Counted from the first letter of the stretch, positions 47,949 to 60,400 are shown. The stretch is DNA of 64,000 nt from Deltaproteobacteria bacterium (GCA_016935975.1 JAFGPX010000176.1:6372-70371); one strand, 5' to 3'. Program-made: numbers and translations. The notes: generated by a model from the sequence alone, not told the origin.

Positions 47949-49478
47949 ATGGCCAAGTTCATTCCCGACCGAGCCAAGTTCGCCGACCTCGCCCGGCAGG
48001 GCCGCCTGTGCTTCGTCTATCGCGAGTGGCTGGCGGACGCCGACACGCCGGTTTCCCTGTTCGCCAAGCTCGGGCGCGGGCCGTATTCGTTCTTGCTCGA
48101 AAGCGTGGTGGGCGGGGAGAAGTGGGCCCAGTACAGCTTCGCCGGCGTGCGGCCGCGCCAAGTGATCCGCGCCAAGGGCAAGGACGTGGAGGTGCTGCGG
48201 CCCGACGGCGAAGGCTTCGTCGTGGCCGAGCGCCTGCGCGTGGACAATCCCCTCGACTACGTGGCCGGCACTCTGGGCGCCCTGCAGCCCGCCGTGCCCC
48301 CCGGCCTGCCGCGCTTCTTCGGCGGCGCGGTCGGCTTTCTCGGGTACGATATGGTCCGGCACTTCGAGCGCCTGCCGGCCCGCGCGCCCGACGAGCTTTC
48401 CCTGCCCGATCTGTGCTTCGCCCTGACCGACACCGTGGTCGTCTTCGACAACCTGCGCGGCACGCTCAAGGTGGTGGCCTCGGTCGACGTGGCGGGCAGA
48501 GATCCCGGCAAGGCCTATGACGCGGCCTGCGCCAAGGTCGAGGAGATCTGCGCTCGCCTGACCTCGCCGGCCGAGCCCCTGCCGCCGCTCGACCTGGATC
48601 TGGGCGCGCCGCCGGTCACGACCCCCATCTCGCGCACCAGCCGGGCCGACTACCTGGCCGGGGTCGGCAAGATCAAGGAGTACATCCTGGCCGGCGACGC
48701 CTTCCAGGTCGTGTATTCGCAGCGCTTCGACGTGTCGCGCGGCGGGGTGGATCCCTTCGACGTGTACCGGGTCCTGCGCGTGACCAACCCATCGCCCTAC
48801 ATGTTCCACCTGGAGTTCCCGGAAGCCGTCGTGACCGGAGCCTCGCCCGAGGTGCTGGTGCGCCTGGACGGCAAGAAGGTCGAGGTGCGGCCCATCGCGG
48901 GCACGCGGCGGCGGGGCGCGACCGTCACCGAGGATCTGGCGCTGGAAAGGGAGCTTCTGGCCGACCCGAAGGAGCGAGCCGAGCACGTCATGCTCATCGA
49001 CCTCGGGCGCAACGACGTGGGCCGCGTGTCCGAATCCGGCTCGGTGCGGCTGGACGAGGTCATGGTGGTCGAGCGCTACTCGCACGTGATGCACATGGTG
49101 TCGAACGTGAGCGGCACGCTGCGCGAGGGGCTTGCGGCCAAGGACGTGGTCAAGGCCGCTTTCCCCGCCGGCACGCTCTCCGGCGCGCCCAAGATCCGCG
49201 CCATGGAGATCATCGAGGAGCTGGAGCCGGCGCGCCGCGGAGTCTACGGCGGCGCCATCGGCTACCTCTCGTACTCGGGCAACATGGACTTCGCGATCGC
49301 CATTCGCACCCTGGTGTCCAAGGGCGACACCATCCACGTGCAGGCCGGCGCGGGCATCGTGGCCGACAGCCAGCCCGAAGCCGAGCACGAGGAGTGCTTG
49401 AGCAAGGCGCGGGCCGTGACCCGCGCGGTCGAGCTGGTCCGGCAGTCGGCGCCGCAAGGCCGCGGGGAGGGGGGCTAG
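47949..49478 (+). CDS. trpE: Anthranilate synthase component I
   Basis: Full-length TrpE-like sequence (TPVSLF..., GYLSYD-type [37 protein letters not shown]). It is followed by trpG, trpD and trpC. Confidence 0.92.
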   Translation: MAKFIPDRAKFADLARQGRLCFVYREWLADADTPVSLFAKLGRGPYSFLLESVVGGEKWAQYSFAGVRPRQVIRAKGKDVEVLRPDGEGFVVAERLRVDNPLDYVAGTLGALQPAVPPGLPRFFGGAVGFLGYDMVRHFERLPARAPDELSLPDLCFALTDTVVVFDNLRGTLKVVASVDVAGRDPGKAYDAACAKVEEICARLTSPAEPLPPLDLDLGAPPVTTPISRTSRADYLAGVGKIKEYILAGDAFQVVYSQRFDVSRGGVDPFDVYRVLRVTNPSPYMFHLEFPEAVVTGASPEVLVRLDGKKVEVRPIAGTRRRGATVTEDLALERELLADPKERAEHVMLIDLGRNDVGRVSESGSVRLDEVMVVERYSHVMHMVSNVSGTLREGLAAKDVVKAAFPAGTLSGAPKIRAMEIIEELEPARRGVYGGAIGYLSYSGNMDFAIAIRTLVSKGDTIHVQAGAGIVADSQPEAEHEECLSKARAVTRAVELVRQSAPQGRGEGG

Positions 49479-49480
49479 CC

Positions 49481-50052
<572 letters not shown>

Positions 50053-50056
<4 letters not shown>

Positions 50057-51081
50057 GCGGCGGCATGGGGATTCGCGAGGCGCTCGCTCTCTTGGTGGCG
50101 GGCAAGGGCTTGCCGGCCGACGACATGGCCGCGGTGGTCGGCCAGATCATGGACGGCCAGACCACCCCGGCCCAAGTCGGGGCATTGCTCGCGGCCATGC
50201 GCATGAAGGGCGAAACCGTGGACGAGGCCGTGGGCGCGGCGCGGGCCATGCGGCAGCGCATGGTCCGGGTGCAAGCCGACGACCCGGTGCTGCTCGACAA
50301 CTGCGGCACGGGGGGCGACGCCTCGGGCTCGGTGAACATATCCACCCTGGCGGCGTTCGTGCTCGCGGCCTGCGGGGTGAAGGTTGCCAAGCACGGCAAC
50401 CGCGCCCTGTCGTCGCGCTCGGGCTCGCACGACGTGCTCGAGGCCCTGGGCATCGATCCCGCGCCCGGCCCGGACCTGGCGCGAAGGTGCCTGGCCGAGA
50501 TCGGCATCTGTTTCATGTTCGCGCCGGCCTATCACGCCGCCACCAAGAACGTGGCCGGGCCGCGCCGTGAGGTCGGCTTTCGCACCCTGTTCAACCTGCT
50601 CGGGCCCATGACCAACCCGGCCGGCGCTCGCTACCACGTCAACGGGGTGTTCGCGGCCGAGCGCTGCGAGTTCTTGGCCCAGGCGCACGGCAGGCTCGGC
50701 TCCGAGCGCGCCATGGTGGTGCACGGGGCAGGCGGGCTCGACGAGTTCGCGCCGGCGGGCAAGACCCTGGTTTCCGAGCTGGACAAGGGCAAGGTGCGAA
50801 GCTACGAGGTTGCGCCGGCCGACTTCGGATTGCCCGAGGCGGATGCGGCGGGGCTGCGCGGCGGGGAGCCGGCCCAGAACGCGGCCGTGCTTCTGGCCAC
50901 CCTGCGCGGCGAGGCCGGGGCGAGCCGGGTCTCGACCGTGATGACCGCGGCCGCGGGCCTGGTGGTGGTGGGCAAGGCGGCCTCCTGGCGCGAAGCGGCC
51001 GCCATGGCCACGCAAGCCTTGGACAGCGGTGCCGCCATGTCGGTCCTCGAACGCGTGCGTGGGGCGGCCGGCAGAGCATGA
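50053..51081 (+). CDS. trpD: Anthranilate phosphoribosyltransferase
   Basis: The ATG at 50053 overlaps the trpG stop (ATGA). Motifs [46 protein letters not shown]. Confidence 0.92.
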
Positions 51082-51857
51082 TTCTCGACGAGATCCTGGC
51101 GCAGACGAGACGGGACCTTCTGGCGAGGCGCGCCCGCGTGCCGCTGGCGCAGGTCGAGAAGCTGGCCGCCGCGGCCGAGCCTGCCCGCAGCCTGGCGCAG
51201 GCGATTCGCGCGGCGGACGGCATGGCCGCCATCGCGGAGTTCAAGCGGCGCTCGCCCTCCAAGGGCTGGATCCACCGCGAGGCCGACGTGGCGTCCGTGG
51301 CACGCGCCTACGAATCGGGTGGAGCGAGCGCCATGTCGGTGCTGACCGACACGCCCTTCTTCGGCGGCGGTCTGGACGACCTCGGGCGCGCGCGCGCGGC
51401 GGTGGGCCTGCCGCTTCTGCGCAAGGACTTCATCGTGGATGCCTACCAGGTGGCGGAAGCGCGCGCCGCGGGCGCGGACGCGGTGCTGCTCATCGTGGCG
51501 GCGCTGCCGGACGCGGAGCTGGCCGGGCTGCGGACGGAAATCGAGCGCTGGGGCATGGAGGCGCTGGTCGAGGCACACGACGCGGACGAGGTCGGGCGCG
51601 CGGTGGCCGCCGGGGCCACGCTCGTGGGCGTGAACCACCGCGACCTGCGGACGTTCGCCATGAACATGGATCTGGCGGTGGCGATGCGGCCGCTGGTTCC
51701 GCCCGACCGGCTCTTGGTCGCCGAGTCGGGCATCGAAAACGCCGACGACGTGCGCCATCTGCGCGCCGGCGGGATCGACGCGGTCCTGGTGGGCGAGTCC
51801 TTGATGCGGGCTCCGGATCCGGCCGCGGCCCTGCGTGCGCTTCTGGGCCGGGCATGA
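51078..51857 (+). CDS. trpC: Indole-3-glycerol-phosphate synthase
   Basis: The ATG at 51078 overlaps the trpD stop (ATGA). Motifs AEFKRRSPSKG, SVLTDTPFFGG, LRKDFIVDAYQV, VGVNHRDLRTF. Confidence 0.92.
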   Translation: MILDEILAQTRRDLLARRARVPLAQVEKLAAAAEPARSLAQAIRAADGMAAIAEFKRRSPSKGWIHREADVASVARAYESGGASAMSVLTDTPFFGGGLDDLGRARAAVGLPLLRKDFIVDAYQVAEARAAGADAVLLIVAALPDAELAGLRTEIERWGMEALVEAHDADEVGRAVAAGATLVGVNHRDLRTFAMNMDLAVAMRPLVPPDRLLVAESGIENADDVRHLRAGGIDAVLVGESLMRAPDPAAALRALLGRA

Positions 51858-52033
51858 GCCTTCTCGCCGGCGGCGAGGGTGGCCGGCCCGTTTCCCACGA
51901 TGTCGTTGCCGCGAAGCTTCGGCACAAGTGGAGAGCCGTAAGCGAGCCGTGGTCTGGGCCCCGTCCGCGCGTGACCGACCACGATCGGTGCGTGCCGCTT
52001 GCGCGGACGCGACCTGCCCGGCACCATATACGC

Positions 52034-53221
52034 ATGTCGCGGCACATGGCGCTGCAACGTTGGTTCGTCGCTGGGGTCCTCTTGCAGTTGGCCGTGTTCG
52101 CCTGCGACGGCAAAGACGGTGCGGGAGAAACCACGAATCCGGGGCTGGGAGGCTCGGGCGGGGTTGACCCAGGCACCGGCGGCACGACGCGGGCCACGAG
52201 CCCGAACCTCGGCGGAACCACGGGGGCCGCGGGTGGAAGCACGCGGGCGACGACAACGTCGGCGGGCGGCGGCGGCGATCGAGGGACCGGGGGCGCCAGG
52301 GCCACGGGTGGGGCAACGGGCACGGGTGGCGCGACGGCGACCGGGGGAAGAACGGGGACGGGCGGCGCCAGAGCCACGGGTGGGACGACGGCGACAGGCG
52401 GGAGAGTGGGGAGGGGCGGCGCGACCGGCGCGGGCGGCGCCAAGGCCACGGGAGGATCGACGGCCACGGGCGGCGTCCGGGGCACGGGCGGCGCGACCGG
52501 CAGGGGCGGAGCCCCGGGCACGGGCGGCACGACGGCGAATCCGAATGCCATCGGGCCCAACAAGACCTGCGGTTGTCTGACCTCCTCGGGCGACTACTCC
52601 GGCAATCCGCTCACGGCGACCATCGTGGTCAACAACGGCCAAACCTATGACGGCGGCTGCAAGACCTACGTCACGAAGTCACGGGCGTCCGGAGGCTTGG
52701 GCGACGGCAGCCAAGAGGAGGGGCAGCAGCCCCTCTTCCGCGTCAACGCCGGCGGCAAGCTCGTCAACGTGATCATCGGCGCTCCCGCCGCCGACGGCGT
52801 GCACTTCTACGGCAACGCCACGGCGGAGAACATCCACTGGCTCGATATTGGCGAGGACGCGGCCACCATCAAGGCCGACGCCACCGTCACCCTCGATTGC
52901 GGCTCCGCCAGAAACGGAGCCGACAAGGTGTTCCAGGTGAACGCCCGGGCCACGTGGACAGTCTCCAACTTCACGATCAAGAGCGCCGGCAAGACCATGC
53001 GCGAGAACGGCGGTTCGTGCTACCCCGTCACGGCCGTCTTCGACCACTGCGACATCTCCGGCATGTCCGAATCCATCTTCCGCACCGACTGCGCGTCGAG
53101 CAAGGTCACGATAAGCAACACGCGCTACAGCCAGATCGGCGACGGTCTCGTGATCGTCGGCAGCAGCGTCTACAACTCCTCGAGCGGCAACGTCACGATC
53201 ACGAACGTGCAGAAGTACTGA
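52034..53221 (+). CDS. Secreted pectate lyase, family PL3-like, with Gly/Thr-rich linker
   Basis: The ATG at 52034 (or 52046) gives a signal/lipobox-like sequence, LQLAVFAC. The linker is TGGATGTGG-type. The PL3-like core reads DGSQEEGQQPLFRVNAGGKLVNVIIGAPAADGVHFYGNATAENIHWLDIGEDAATIK. Confidence 0.8.
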   Translation: MSRHMALQRWFVAGVLLQLAVFACDGKDGAGETTNPGLGGSGGVDPGTGGTTRATSPNLGGTTGAAGGSTRATTTSAGGGGDRGTGGARATGGATGTGGATATGGRTGTGGARATGGTTATGGRVGRGGATGAGGAKATGGSTATGGVRGTGGATGRGGAPGTGGTTANPNAIGPNKTCGCLTSSGDYSGNPLTATIVVNNGQTYDGGCKTYVTKSRASGGLGDGSQEEGQQPLFRVNAGGKLVNVIIGAPAADGVHFYGNATAENIHWLDIGEDAATIKADATVTLDCGSARNGADKVFQVNARATWTVSNFTIKSAGKTMRENGGSCYPVTAVFDHCDISGMSESIFRTDCASSKVTISNTRYSQIGDGLVIVGSSVYNSSSGNVTITNVQKY

Positions 53222-53247
53222 CGCCCCATCGCGCTCGCTTGGCTCGC

Positions 53248-53305
53248 CCGGCGGCGGCGTGCCGCGAGCACGAGCGCGCGAGGGACGCGACGCGGACGCC
53301 GCCGG
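53248..53305. terminator. Candidate bidirectional terminator hairpin between convergent genes
   Basis: CCGGCGGCG (53248-53256) and CGCCGCCGG (53297-53305) form a perfect 9 bp GC stem. It encloses a further partly self-complementary GC-rich segment. There is no U-tract, so this is structure only. Confidence 0.3.
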
Positions 53306-53311
53306 CCTTGT

Positions 53312-54397
53312 CTACTTGGCGGTGATGTAGCCTTCCGCGGTCAGAAGCTCGGCGGTCAGCACGGCGCCGCCGGCCGCGCCGCGCACGGTGTTGTGCGACA
53401 GGCACACGAACTTGTAGTCGTAGATCGTATCGGGCCGCAGGCGGCCGATGGTGATGGCCATGCCGCCTCCGGCGTCGCGGTCGAGCTTGGTCTGCGGCCG
53501 GCTGTCGTCCGTGAAATAGATCAGGTAGGGCACCGGCGCGCTCGGCAGCTTGAGCTGCTGCGGCTTGCCCTCGGCCTTTTTCCAGCAGTCGAGGATCTGC
53601 TCCAGGGTCGGCTTCTTGGCGAAGCGCACGAAGACCGCGGCCATGTGGCCGTCGCTGGCCGGCACGCGGATGCACTGGGCCGAGATGCGCGGCGTTTTGG
53701 CGGGCACGATCTTGCCGCCCTCGATCTTCCCCCATATCTTCATGGGCTCTTCTTCGGACTTCTGCTCCTCGCCCTTGATGAACGGAATGAGGTTGTCCAC
53801 CATCTCGGGCCAGGACGCGAAGGTCTTGCCCGCGCCGGAGATCGCCTGGTAGGTGGCCACGAAGATATCCTGCGGGCCAAAGGCCATCAGGGGATCGATG
53901 GCCGGCACGTAGCTCTGCAGCGAGCAGTTGGGCTTGACCGCGACGAAGCCGCGCTTGCTGCCCAGGCGCTTGCGCTGGTCGGCGATGATGGCGGCATGCC
54001 CGCCGTTGATCTCGGGGATCATCATGGGCACGTCCGCGGTCCCGCGATGGGCCGAGTTGTTCGACACCACCGGGATCTCGCGCTTGGCATAGTCGTCTTC
54101 GAGCTTCCGGGTCTCGTCCTTGGGCATGTCGACGGCGCAGAACACGAAGTCGACCCGCTCGGCGACCTCGGCGATGGCCGAGGCGTTGAGCACCGTCAGG
54201 TCGGCGAAGGCCGGCGGGATCGGCGTCTTCATGGCCCAGCGGCCGGCGACCGCGTCCTTGTAGGTCTTGCCCGCCGAGTTGGCGCTCGCGGCCAAGGTCG
54301 TGACCTTGAACCACGGGTGGTTCTCGAGCAGCGCAAGAAACCTCTGTCCCACCATGCCTGTCGCCCCCAACACCCCGACGCGTAGTGTACCGGCCAT
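53312..54397 (-). CDS. asd: Aspartate-semialdehyde dehydrogenase
   Basis: [14 protein letters not shown], the active-site KPNCSLQ, QAISGAG, and the C-terminal [15 protein letters not shown] strong SD (AAAGGAGAG) lies upstream of the ATG at 54397. Confidence 0.9.
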   Translation of the reverse strand: MAGTLRVGVLGATGMVGQRFLALLENHPWFKVTTLAASANSAGKTYKDAVAGRWAMKTPIPPAFADLTVLNASAIAEVAERVDFVFCAVDMPKDETRKLEDDYAKREIPVVSNNSAHRGTADVPMMIPEINGGHAAIIADQRKRLGSKRGFVAVKPNCSLQSYVPAIDPLMAFGPQDIFVATYQAISGAGKTFASWPEMVDNLIPFIKGEEQKSEEEPMKIWGKIEGGKIVPAKTPRISAQCIRVPASDGHMAAVFVRFAKKPTLEQILDCWKKAEGKPQQLKLPSAPVPYLIYFTDDSRPQTKLDRDAGGGMAITIGRLRPDTIYDYKFVCLSHNTVRGAAGGAVLTAELLTAEGYITAK

Positions 54398-54475
54398 GTT
54401 CTTCTCTCCTTTCTGTTTCGTGAAACGGGAGCGGTATGTATAGCAGGCTTGCCGGCCACGGCCAGCGGCGATGTG

Positions 54476-55273
54476 CTAGCCCGGCGTGACGACTCTTTGC
54501 AAAGACTCGACCTGTTTCTCGTCGAGGCGGAACACGCAGTCGAAGAGCTGCTGCTTGAACGCGACGGGGCCGTCCGACTTCTGCACCGCCAGCTCGGCCG
54601 CGATCTCGAAACAGGCCAAGCCGGCGGCCGTCGCCTCGGGGACGCGGTCGGGCGCGGCCGCGGCGAAGGTGCCGATGCTGGAGGCCGCCATGCAGCCGGT
54701 GCCCACCACGTTGGCCATCATGGGGTGGCCGTTGCGCACCAGGAAGAGCTTGCCGTCGCCGGCCACGATGTCCTCGGCGCCGGTGACGACCACGGTGCAA
54801 GCGCGTTGGGCGGACAGCGAGCGCGCGACCTCGCGCATGTCGGCCGCCACGTGGCCGGCATCCACGCCCTTGGTTGCGACCGCCAGGCCGGCGACGCGGG
54901 CGATCTCCGAGCTGTTGCCCTTGATCACGCCGATCTTGGCGGCGTCGAGGATCTCCAGGCTCTTCTGGTCGCGGTAGGGGGTGGCGCCGGCCCCGCACAC
55001 GTCGAAGACGACGGGGATGCCTTTCTGGTTGGCGGCGACGGCGGCCAGCTTCATGCTGTCGGTCACGTCCGTGGTCAGGGTGCCGATGTTGAGCACCAGG
55101 GCGGAGGCGATGCCGGTCATGGCGGCGGCCTCCTCCGGCGCGTGCGCCATGACCGGCGAGGCCCCGAAGGACTTCACGATCTGGGCGCAGTCGAAGATGG
55201 TGACCCAGTTGGTGATGTGGTGGACCAGCGGGCGTTTGTCGCGCACGGCTTGCAGAAACGGGTAGATGTTCAT
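54476..55273 (-). CDS. thiM: Hydroxyethylthiazole kinase
   Basis: The internal ATG at 55273 gives MNIYPFLQAVRDKRPLVHHITNWVTIFDCAQIVKSFGASPVMAH...LVLNIGTL...VIKGNSSEI...VVTGAEDIV...MANVVGTGC. These are the canonical ThiM motifs. Confidence 0.9.
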   Translation of the reverse strand: MNIYPFLQAVRDKRPLVHHITNWVTIFDCAQIVKSFGASPVMAHAPEEAAAMTGIASALVLNIGTLTTDVTDSMKLAAVAANQKGIPVVFDVCGAGATPYRDQKSLEILDAAKIGVIKGNSSEIARVAGLAVATKGVDAGHVAADMREVARSLSAQRACTVVVTGAEDIVAGDGKLFLVRNGHPMMANVVGTGCMAASSIGTFAAAAPDRVPEATAAGLACFEIAAELAVQKSDGPVAFKQQLFDCVFRLDEKQVESLQRVVTPG

Positions 55274-55473
55274 GGCGGTTGCATCCTTCGCGCGGGATCG
55301 AAAGTCAAACCACGGCGCGCACAGGGGAAACAGAGCGTACGGAGGTCGGAAGGATATGCGCAATCCGCTCCGGACTGTCAACCCGGCTCTCTGGTCCCTC
55401 GTTCCCTCTGTGCGCTTCGTGATCGCAAGGGAGGTGACACGGGCGCCTTCCCCCTGGCATTCTCAGTGTCGCC

Positions 55474-56709
55474 ATGAGCAGAGGGAACCGCGTCGTCGTA
55501 ACCGGCATCGGCCTGCGCTCGCCGCTCGGGCACACTTTGGCGGCGCTGCGAGACGGGCTCTTGGCGGGGAAGAGCGGCATTCGCAACATGCCGGGGTGGG
55601 AGAAGCTCGACGGACTGCGCACGCGCGTGGGCGCGCCTTGCGACGGCATCGACATCAACGACATTCCTCGCAAGTACGCCCGCACCATGGGCCGCGTCGG
55701 GGTGTTGGCCGCGCTATCGGTGCGCGACGCGGTGGCCGACGCCGGGCTGCCGCCCGAGGTGGTGGCGTCCCCGGACTGCGGCGTGGCCTACGGCTCGACC
55801 GTGGGTAGCACCGCCTCGCAGGAGGACTTCCTGCGCCCCATCCTCAACGAAACCTCGATTCGCGGGTTGCTCGCGTCCACGTATCTGCAGTTCATGAGCC
55901 ACACCTGCGCGGCCAACATCGCGCTCATGTTCGGTTGCAAGGGGCCGGTCATCGCCTCGTGCACGGCTTGCACCTCGGGCTCGCAGGGCGTCGGCATCGC
56001 CTACGAGCAGGTGCGCTTCGGCCGCGTGCCGATCTGCCTGGGCGGCGGGGCCGAGGAGCTGCACGTCCTGCACGCCGGCATCTTCGACATCATGCGCGCG
56101 ACCTCGGCGGGCTATTCCGACACGCCCGAGCGCACGCCGCGGCCCTTCGATCGCAGGCGCGACGGGCTGGTGGTGGGCGAGGGGTCCGCCTGCCTGGTCA
56201 TGGAGGAGTACGAGCACGCCAAACGGCGCGGGGCGAACGTCTACGCCGAGATCATCGGCTACGGCCAGGGCTGCAACGGCACGCACCCGACGAACTCCGA
56301 TCCGGAGGGCATCTGCATCGCCGTCAACCTGGCGCTCAAGGACGCCGGTCTGGCGCCGTCGGACATCCAGCACATCAACGCGCACGCCACCGGCACCGAC
56401 GTGGGCGACGCGGCCGAGGCCGAGGCGGTGCACCGCATTTTCGGCAACCGGGTGCCGGTAAGCGCGCTCAAGGGCTACCTCTCCCACACCCTGGGCGCGA
56501 GCGGGGCCATCGAATCGGCCGCCACGCTGGCGATGATGCGCGACGGATTCATGGCCGTGTCGAAGAACCTCGACGAGCCCGACCCGGCCTTGCCGCCTCT
56601 CGACCACGTGCTGGGCAGCCCGCGGCACGGGCCCATCCGCGTCGCCATGAACAACAACTTCGCGTTCGGCGGGATCAACACCTCGCTGATCTTTCGCGCG
56701 CTTGCGTGA
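55474..56709 (+). CDS. Beta-ketoacyl-ACP synthase (KAS I/II, Cys-His-His type)
   Basis: RVVVTGIGLRSPLG, the active-site Cys in CTACTSGSQG, and the two His in INAHATGT and GYLSHTLGASGAIE. Confidence 0.88.
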   Translation: MSRGNRVVVTGIGLRSPLGHTLAALRDGLLAGKSGIRNMPGWEKLDGLRTRVGAPCDGIDINDIPRKYARTMGRVGVLAALSVRDAVADAGLPPEVVASPDCGVAYGSTVGSTASQEDFLRPILNETSIRGLLASTYLQFMSHTCAANIALMFGCKGPVIASCTACTSGSQGVGIAYEQVRFGRVPICLGGGAEELHVLHAGIFDIMRATSAGYSDTPERTPRPFDRRRDGLVVGEGSACLVMEEYEHAKRRGANVYAEIIGYGQGCNGTHPTNSDPEGICIAVNLALKDAGLAPSDIQHINAHATGTDVGDAAEAEAVHRIFGNRVPVSALKGYLSHTLGASGAIESAATLAMMRDGFMAVSKNLDEPDPALPPLDHVLGSPRHGPIRVAMNNNFAFGGINTSLIFRALA

Positions 56710-57497
56710 TGGACGACGGCGCGCCCTCCTGGCAGGATCTGCGCGCCCGTTGCGAGGGCGGTGGCGCGGCCTTCGCCTTCGTGATTCCGGTCTTCAACCA
56801 CGCGCGCAACGTGGGGCAGGTGGCCGCGGCCGCGGCGGCCAGCGGCGCGGCCGTGATCGTGGTCGACGACGGCTCGACCGACGGCAGCGCGGCGGCGGCG
56901 TCGGCCGTGGCGGGCGTGCGTCTTGTCCGTCACGAGGCCAATCGCGGCAAGGGCGCGGCCATTCTGACCGGGCTTGCCGCCGCGCAGGCGAGCGGCGCCC
57001 GTTTCGCGATCACCGTGGACGCCGACGGGCAGCACCGGCCCGACGAGGCCCGGCGCTTGCTCGCGGCGCTGTGGCCGTCCGGAGCCGCGAAACCGGAAGC
57101 GGCGCTCGTGCTGGGCGCGCGGCGGGGCATGCAAGGGGGCGCGGTGCCGTGGTCGAGCCGCATGGGCCGGGGGTTCTCGGGCTTCTGGGTGTGGGCCTCG
57201 GGCGGGCCGCGGGTGTCGGATTCGCAGTCGGGCTTTCGCGTGTACCCGGTGGCGGAAACCCTGGCCCTGCCCACGCGCGCCCGCCGCTTCGAGTTCGAGG
57301 TCGAGGTTTTGGTGCGGGCCCGCCGGGCCGGGCTGCCCGTCCGCGAGGTGCCGGTGTCCGTGGCCTACGATCCGCCGGGCGGCCGCGTGTCGCACTTCCG
57401 CCCGTGGCGCGATTTCGGCCGCAACTCGGCCACGTTCACCCGCCTGCTCTTCTCCCGGTTCCTGCCGCGCGGAAAGGGGACCGGCCATGGCGCGTGA
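56709..57497 (+). CDS. Family 2 glycosyltransferase
   Basis: The ATG at 56709 overlaps the KAS stop (TGATG). Motifs FVIPVFNHARNV, VVDDGSTDGS, TVDADGQH. Confidence 0.85.
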   Translation: MDDGAPSWQDLRARCEGGGAAFAFVIPVFNHARNVGQVAAAAAASGAAVIVVDDGSTDGSAAAASAVAGVRLVRHEANRGKGAAILTGLAAAQASGARFAITVDADGQHRPDEARRLLAALWPSGAAKPEAALVLGARRGMQGGAVPWSSRMGRGFSGFWVWASGGPRVSDSQSGFRVYPVAETLALPTRARRFEFEVEVLVRARRAGLPVREVPVSVAYDPPGGRVSHFRPWRDFGRNSATFTRLLFSRFLPRGKGTGHGA

Positions 57498-60400
57498 GCG
57501 GACGCTCCGCTGGCCGGTGCTGCTCGTCGCCTGCGCCGCCACGGGGCTTCTCGCCTGGGCCGGGCAGCGCCGGTTGCGCATCGACACGGACATCACCTCC
57601 GCGGTGCCGGCCGGCAACCGGGCCTTCGAGAGCGCGCGCCAGGTGCTCTCTCGCCACTCGACCTTGGACAAGGTGGCGGTCAATCTCTCGCTGCGCGACG
57701 GCCGGGCCGACCCCTCCGCGCTTCTGGCCGCGGGCGACGCGCTGGCGGCGGCGCTGGAGCGCTCGGGGCTTTTCATCTCGGTGGGCACCGCGGCGGCGGC
57801 CGCGGGTCTGACCGAGCTTTACGCGGATCTGCCGGCGCGGCTGCCGCTGCTGTTCTCGGCCGACCAGCTCGCCGAGCAGGTGGGCCCGCGCCTCGACAAG
57901 GCCGCTGTCGCCGCGCGCCTGCAGGCGCTGGCCGCCGAGGCCGCGGAGCTGGCCGGGATCGGCGCCGCCGGCCGCGTGGCCGAAGATCCGCTCGGCCTCG
58001 GCGACCTGGCGCTGGCCCGTCTGGGCGAGCTGGTGCCCACCGAGCAGGCGCGCATCGAGAAAGGCCACGTCCTCGACGGCGAGGGCAGGAACCTGCTGGT
58101 CACGGCCACGCCGCGCGCCGGTACGCGCGACACCCAGGCCTGCCACGCCATCGACGATGTGCTGCGCGACCTGGCCCGGCGTTTCGCGGCCGCGCCGGCC
58201 GGCGAGCCGGGGCACGGCGTCCTGCTCACCGCCGTGGGCGGCTATCGGGCCACCATCGACAACGAGACGCTCGTCACCGACGACGCGAACCAGGCCATCC
58301 TGGCTGCCACCATCGGCATCGCGCTGCTGCTCCTCTTGTGCTTTCCGCGGCCCTGGCTCGGCGTCTTCGCCTTGCTCCCGGCCCTGGCCGGCGGCTGCCT
58401 GGCCCTCTTCTTCTACACTCTGTTCGAAAACGACATCTCGGCCCTGGCCCTGGGCTTCGGCGGCGCTCTCATCTCGATCACGGTGGACCAAGGGGTGGTG
58501 TACCTGCTTTTCGTGGATCGCCAGAAGAAGACTGCCGGCCGCCGGGCCGCGCACGAGGTCTTCTCCATCGGCTCGCTGTCCACGCTCGTCAACATCGGCT
58601 CGTTCCTAGCGCTGCGCCTGACCGGCTTCCGCGTGCTCGGGCAAATCGGTCTCTTCGCCGCGCTCGGCATCCTGTTCTCGTATCTCTTCGTGCATCTGGT
58701 GTTCCCGCACATCTTCCCCGCGGTGCCGGCCGCGAAGCGCGCCCCGTGGGTGCCGGTGGACGAGTTCCTGCGCCGGATCACCGTGGGCCGCGGCTGGCGC
58801 GCGCTCGTCGTGGCGGCCGTGCTGTTCGCCGTGGGGCTCGGCTTCGCGCGGCCGACCTTCCTCGTGGACCTGGCGGCCATGAACACGGTGCGGGCCGAGA
58901 CCGCGGCCGACGAGGCGCGCGTGCGCGCGGTGTGGGGCGACATCTTCCACCGCCTGTACGTGCTGATCGACGCCGGGAACGAGGCCGATTTCGCGCGCAA
59001 GTCCGACGCCTGGCTGGCCCTACTGGAACGGGAGAAGGCCGGCGAGGTCGTCGCGCGCGGCTTCTCGCCGTCGATGCTCGACCCGGGCTCGGCCCGAGCC
59101 TCGGCCAACGCCCGGGCGTGGGTCTCGTTCTGGACGCCGGAGCGCGTGGCCGCGCTCGGGGAAAGCCTGCGCGCGGGCGCGGAGCAGGCGGGGTTTTCCG
59201 CCGACGCCTTCGCGCCGTTCCTCGCGCGCCTGTCGGCACCGGCGCCGCGCGAGCAGGCGATGACGGTAGGCGAACGCGCCCTCTTCGGCATCGAGCCCGG
59301 CCGCGACGGCAAGGGCCTGGTGTGGCTGGCCAACGTCGTACCGGGCCCGCGCTATGCGGCCGAGAGCTTCGCGGCTCAAGCGCAACAGGCCGGGCTCTAC
59401 GTGTTCGACGGCGCGAGCTTCTCGGCGACCTTGGCTATGTTCCTGGCCGAGTCGTTCCGGTTGATGCTCGTGGTGGTGGTGGGCTTCGTGGCGGTTTCCG
59501 TCTTTCTCTTCTTCCTCGACCTGCGGGTGGCCGCCATCGCGCTTCTGCCCCTCGGCTTCTCGTTCGTCATGACCATGGCGACCCTGCACGTCGCGGGGCG
59601 GCCCATCGACATCGTGGGCCTGATTCTCTCGGTGCTCATCTTCGGCATGGGCGTGGACTACTCGTTCTCCTTCGTGCGCGTGTACCAGCGCTGCCTGGAC
59701 GAGCACCACCCCTCGCACGGCCCCGTGCGCACCGCGATCTTCCTGGCCGCGAGCGCCACCATGGTCGGCATGGTCACCATGGCCTTCGCCGAGCACAACG
59801 TGACCCGCAGCGCGGGCATCCTGGCCAGTCTGGCCATCGGCTACTGCGCCGTCGGGGCCTACGTGTTCCTGCCGCCGCTTCTGCGCCGCCTCTTCGCACC
59901 GCGCCCGCTATTGCCGCCGGATCGCGAGCGGCCCGAGCGCTGGGTGCGGCAACGCTTCTCGCGGCTCGGGGCCTACCCGCGCCTGTTCGCGCGTTTCAAG
60001 ATGAGGCTGGATCCGATGTTCGACAGGATTTCGGAGCTCCTGCCGGAGCAGGGCAGGGTGCTCGACATCGGCTGCGGCTTCGGCATTGCCGCGGCCTGGA
60101 CCCTGGCGCGCTCGGCGGACGTGCGCATCGTCGCGCTCGAGCCCGACGAAGATCGCGCCGGCATCGCCAGGTTCGTGCTCGGCGAGCGTGGCGAGGTGCG
60201 CGTGGGCGCGGCGCCGGACGCGCTGCCCGAGGTGGATGCCGCCGCCGTGCTCTGCCTGGACGTCATCCACTACCTCGACGACGAGGCGCTGGCGCGCACC
60301 CTGGCGCACGCGCGGCGCTGCTTGCAGCCGGGCGGCAAGCTGGTCCTGCGCGCCACGGTGCCGGGAAAGGGACGGACGCCCTTCTACCGCTGGTTCGAGA

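Noticed and set aside
51858-52033. Missing trpF/trpB/trpA after trpC as a possible deletion or pseudogenisation.
   Set aside because: No trpF/B/A remnants are visible in any frame, and the spacer is short. Split trp operons are common, so this is ordinary.
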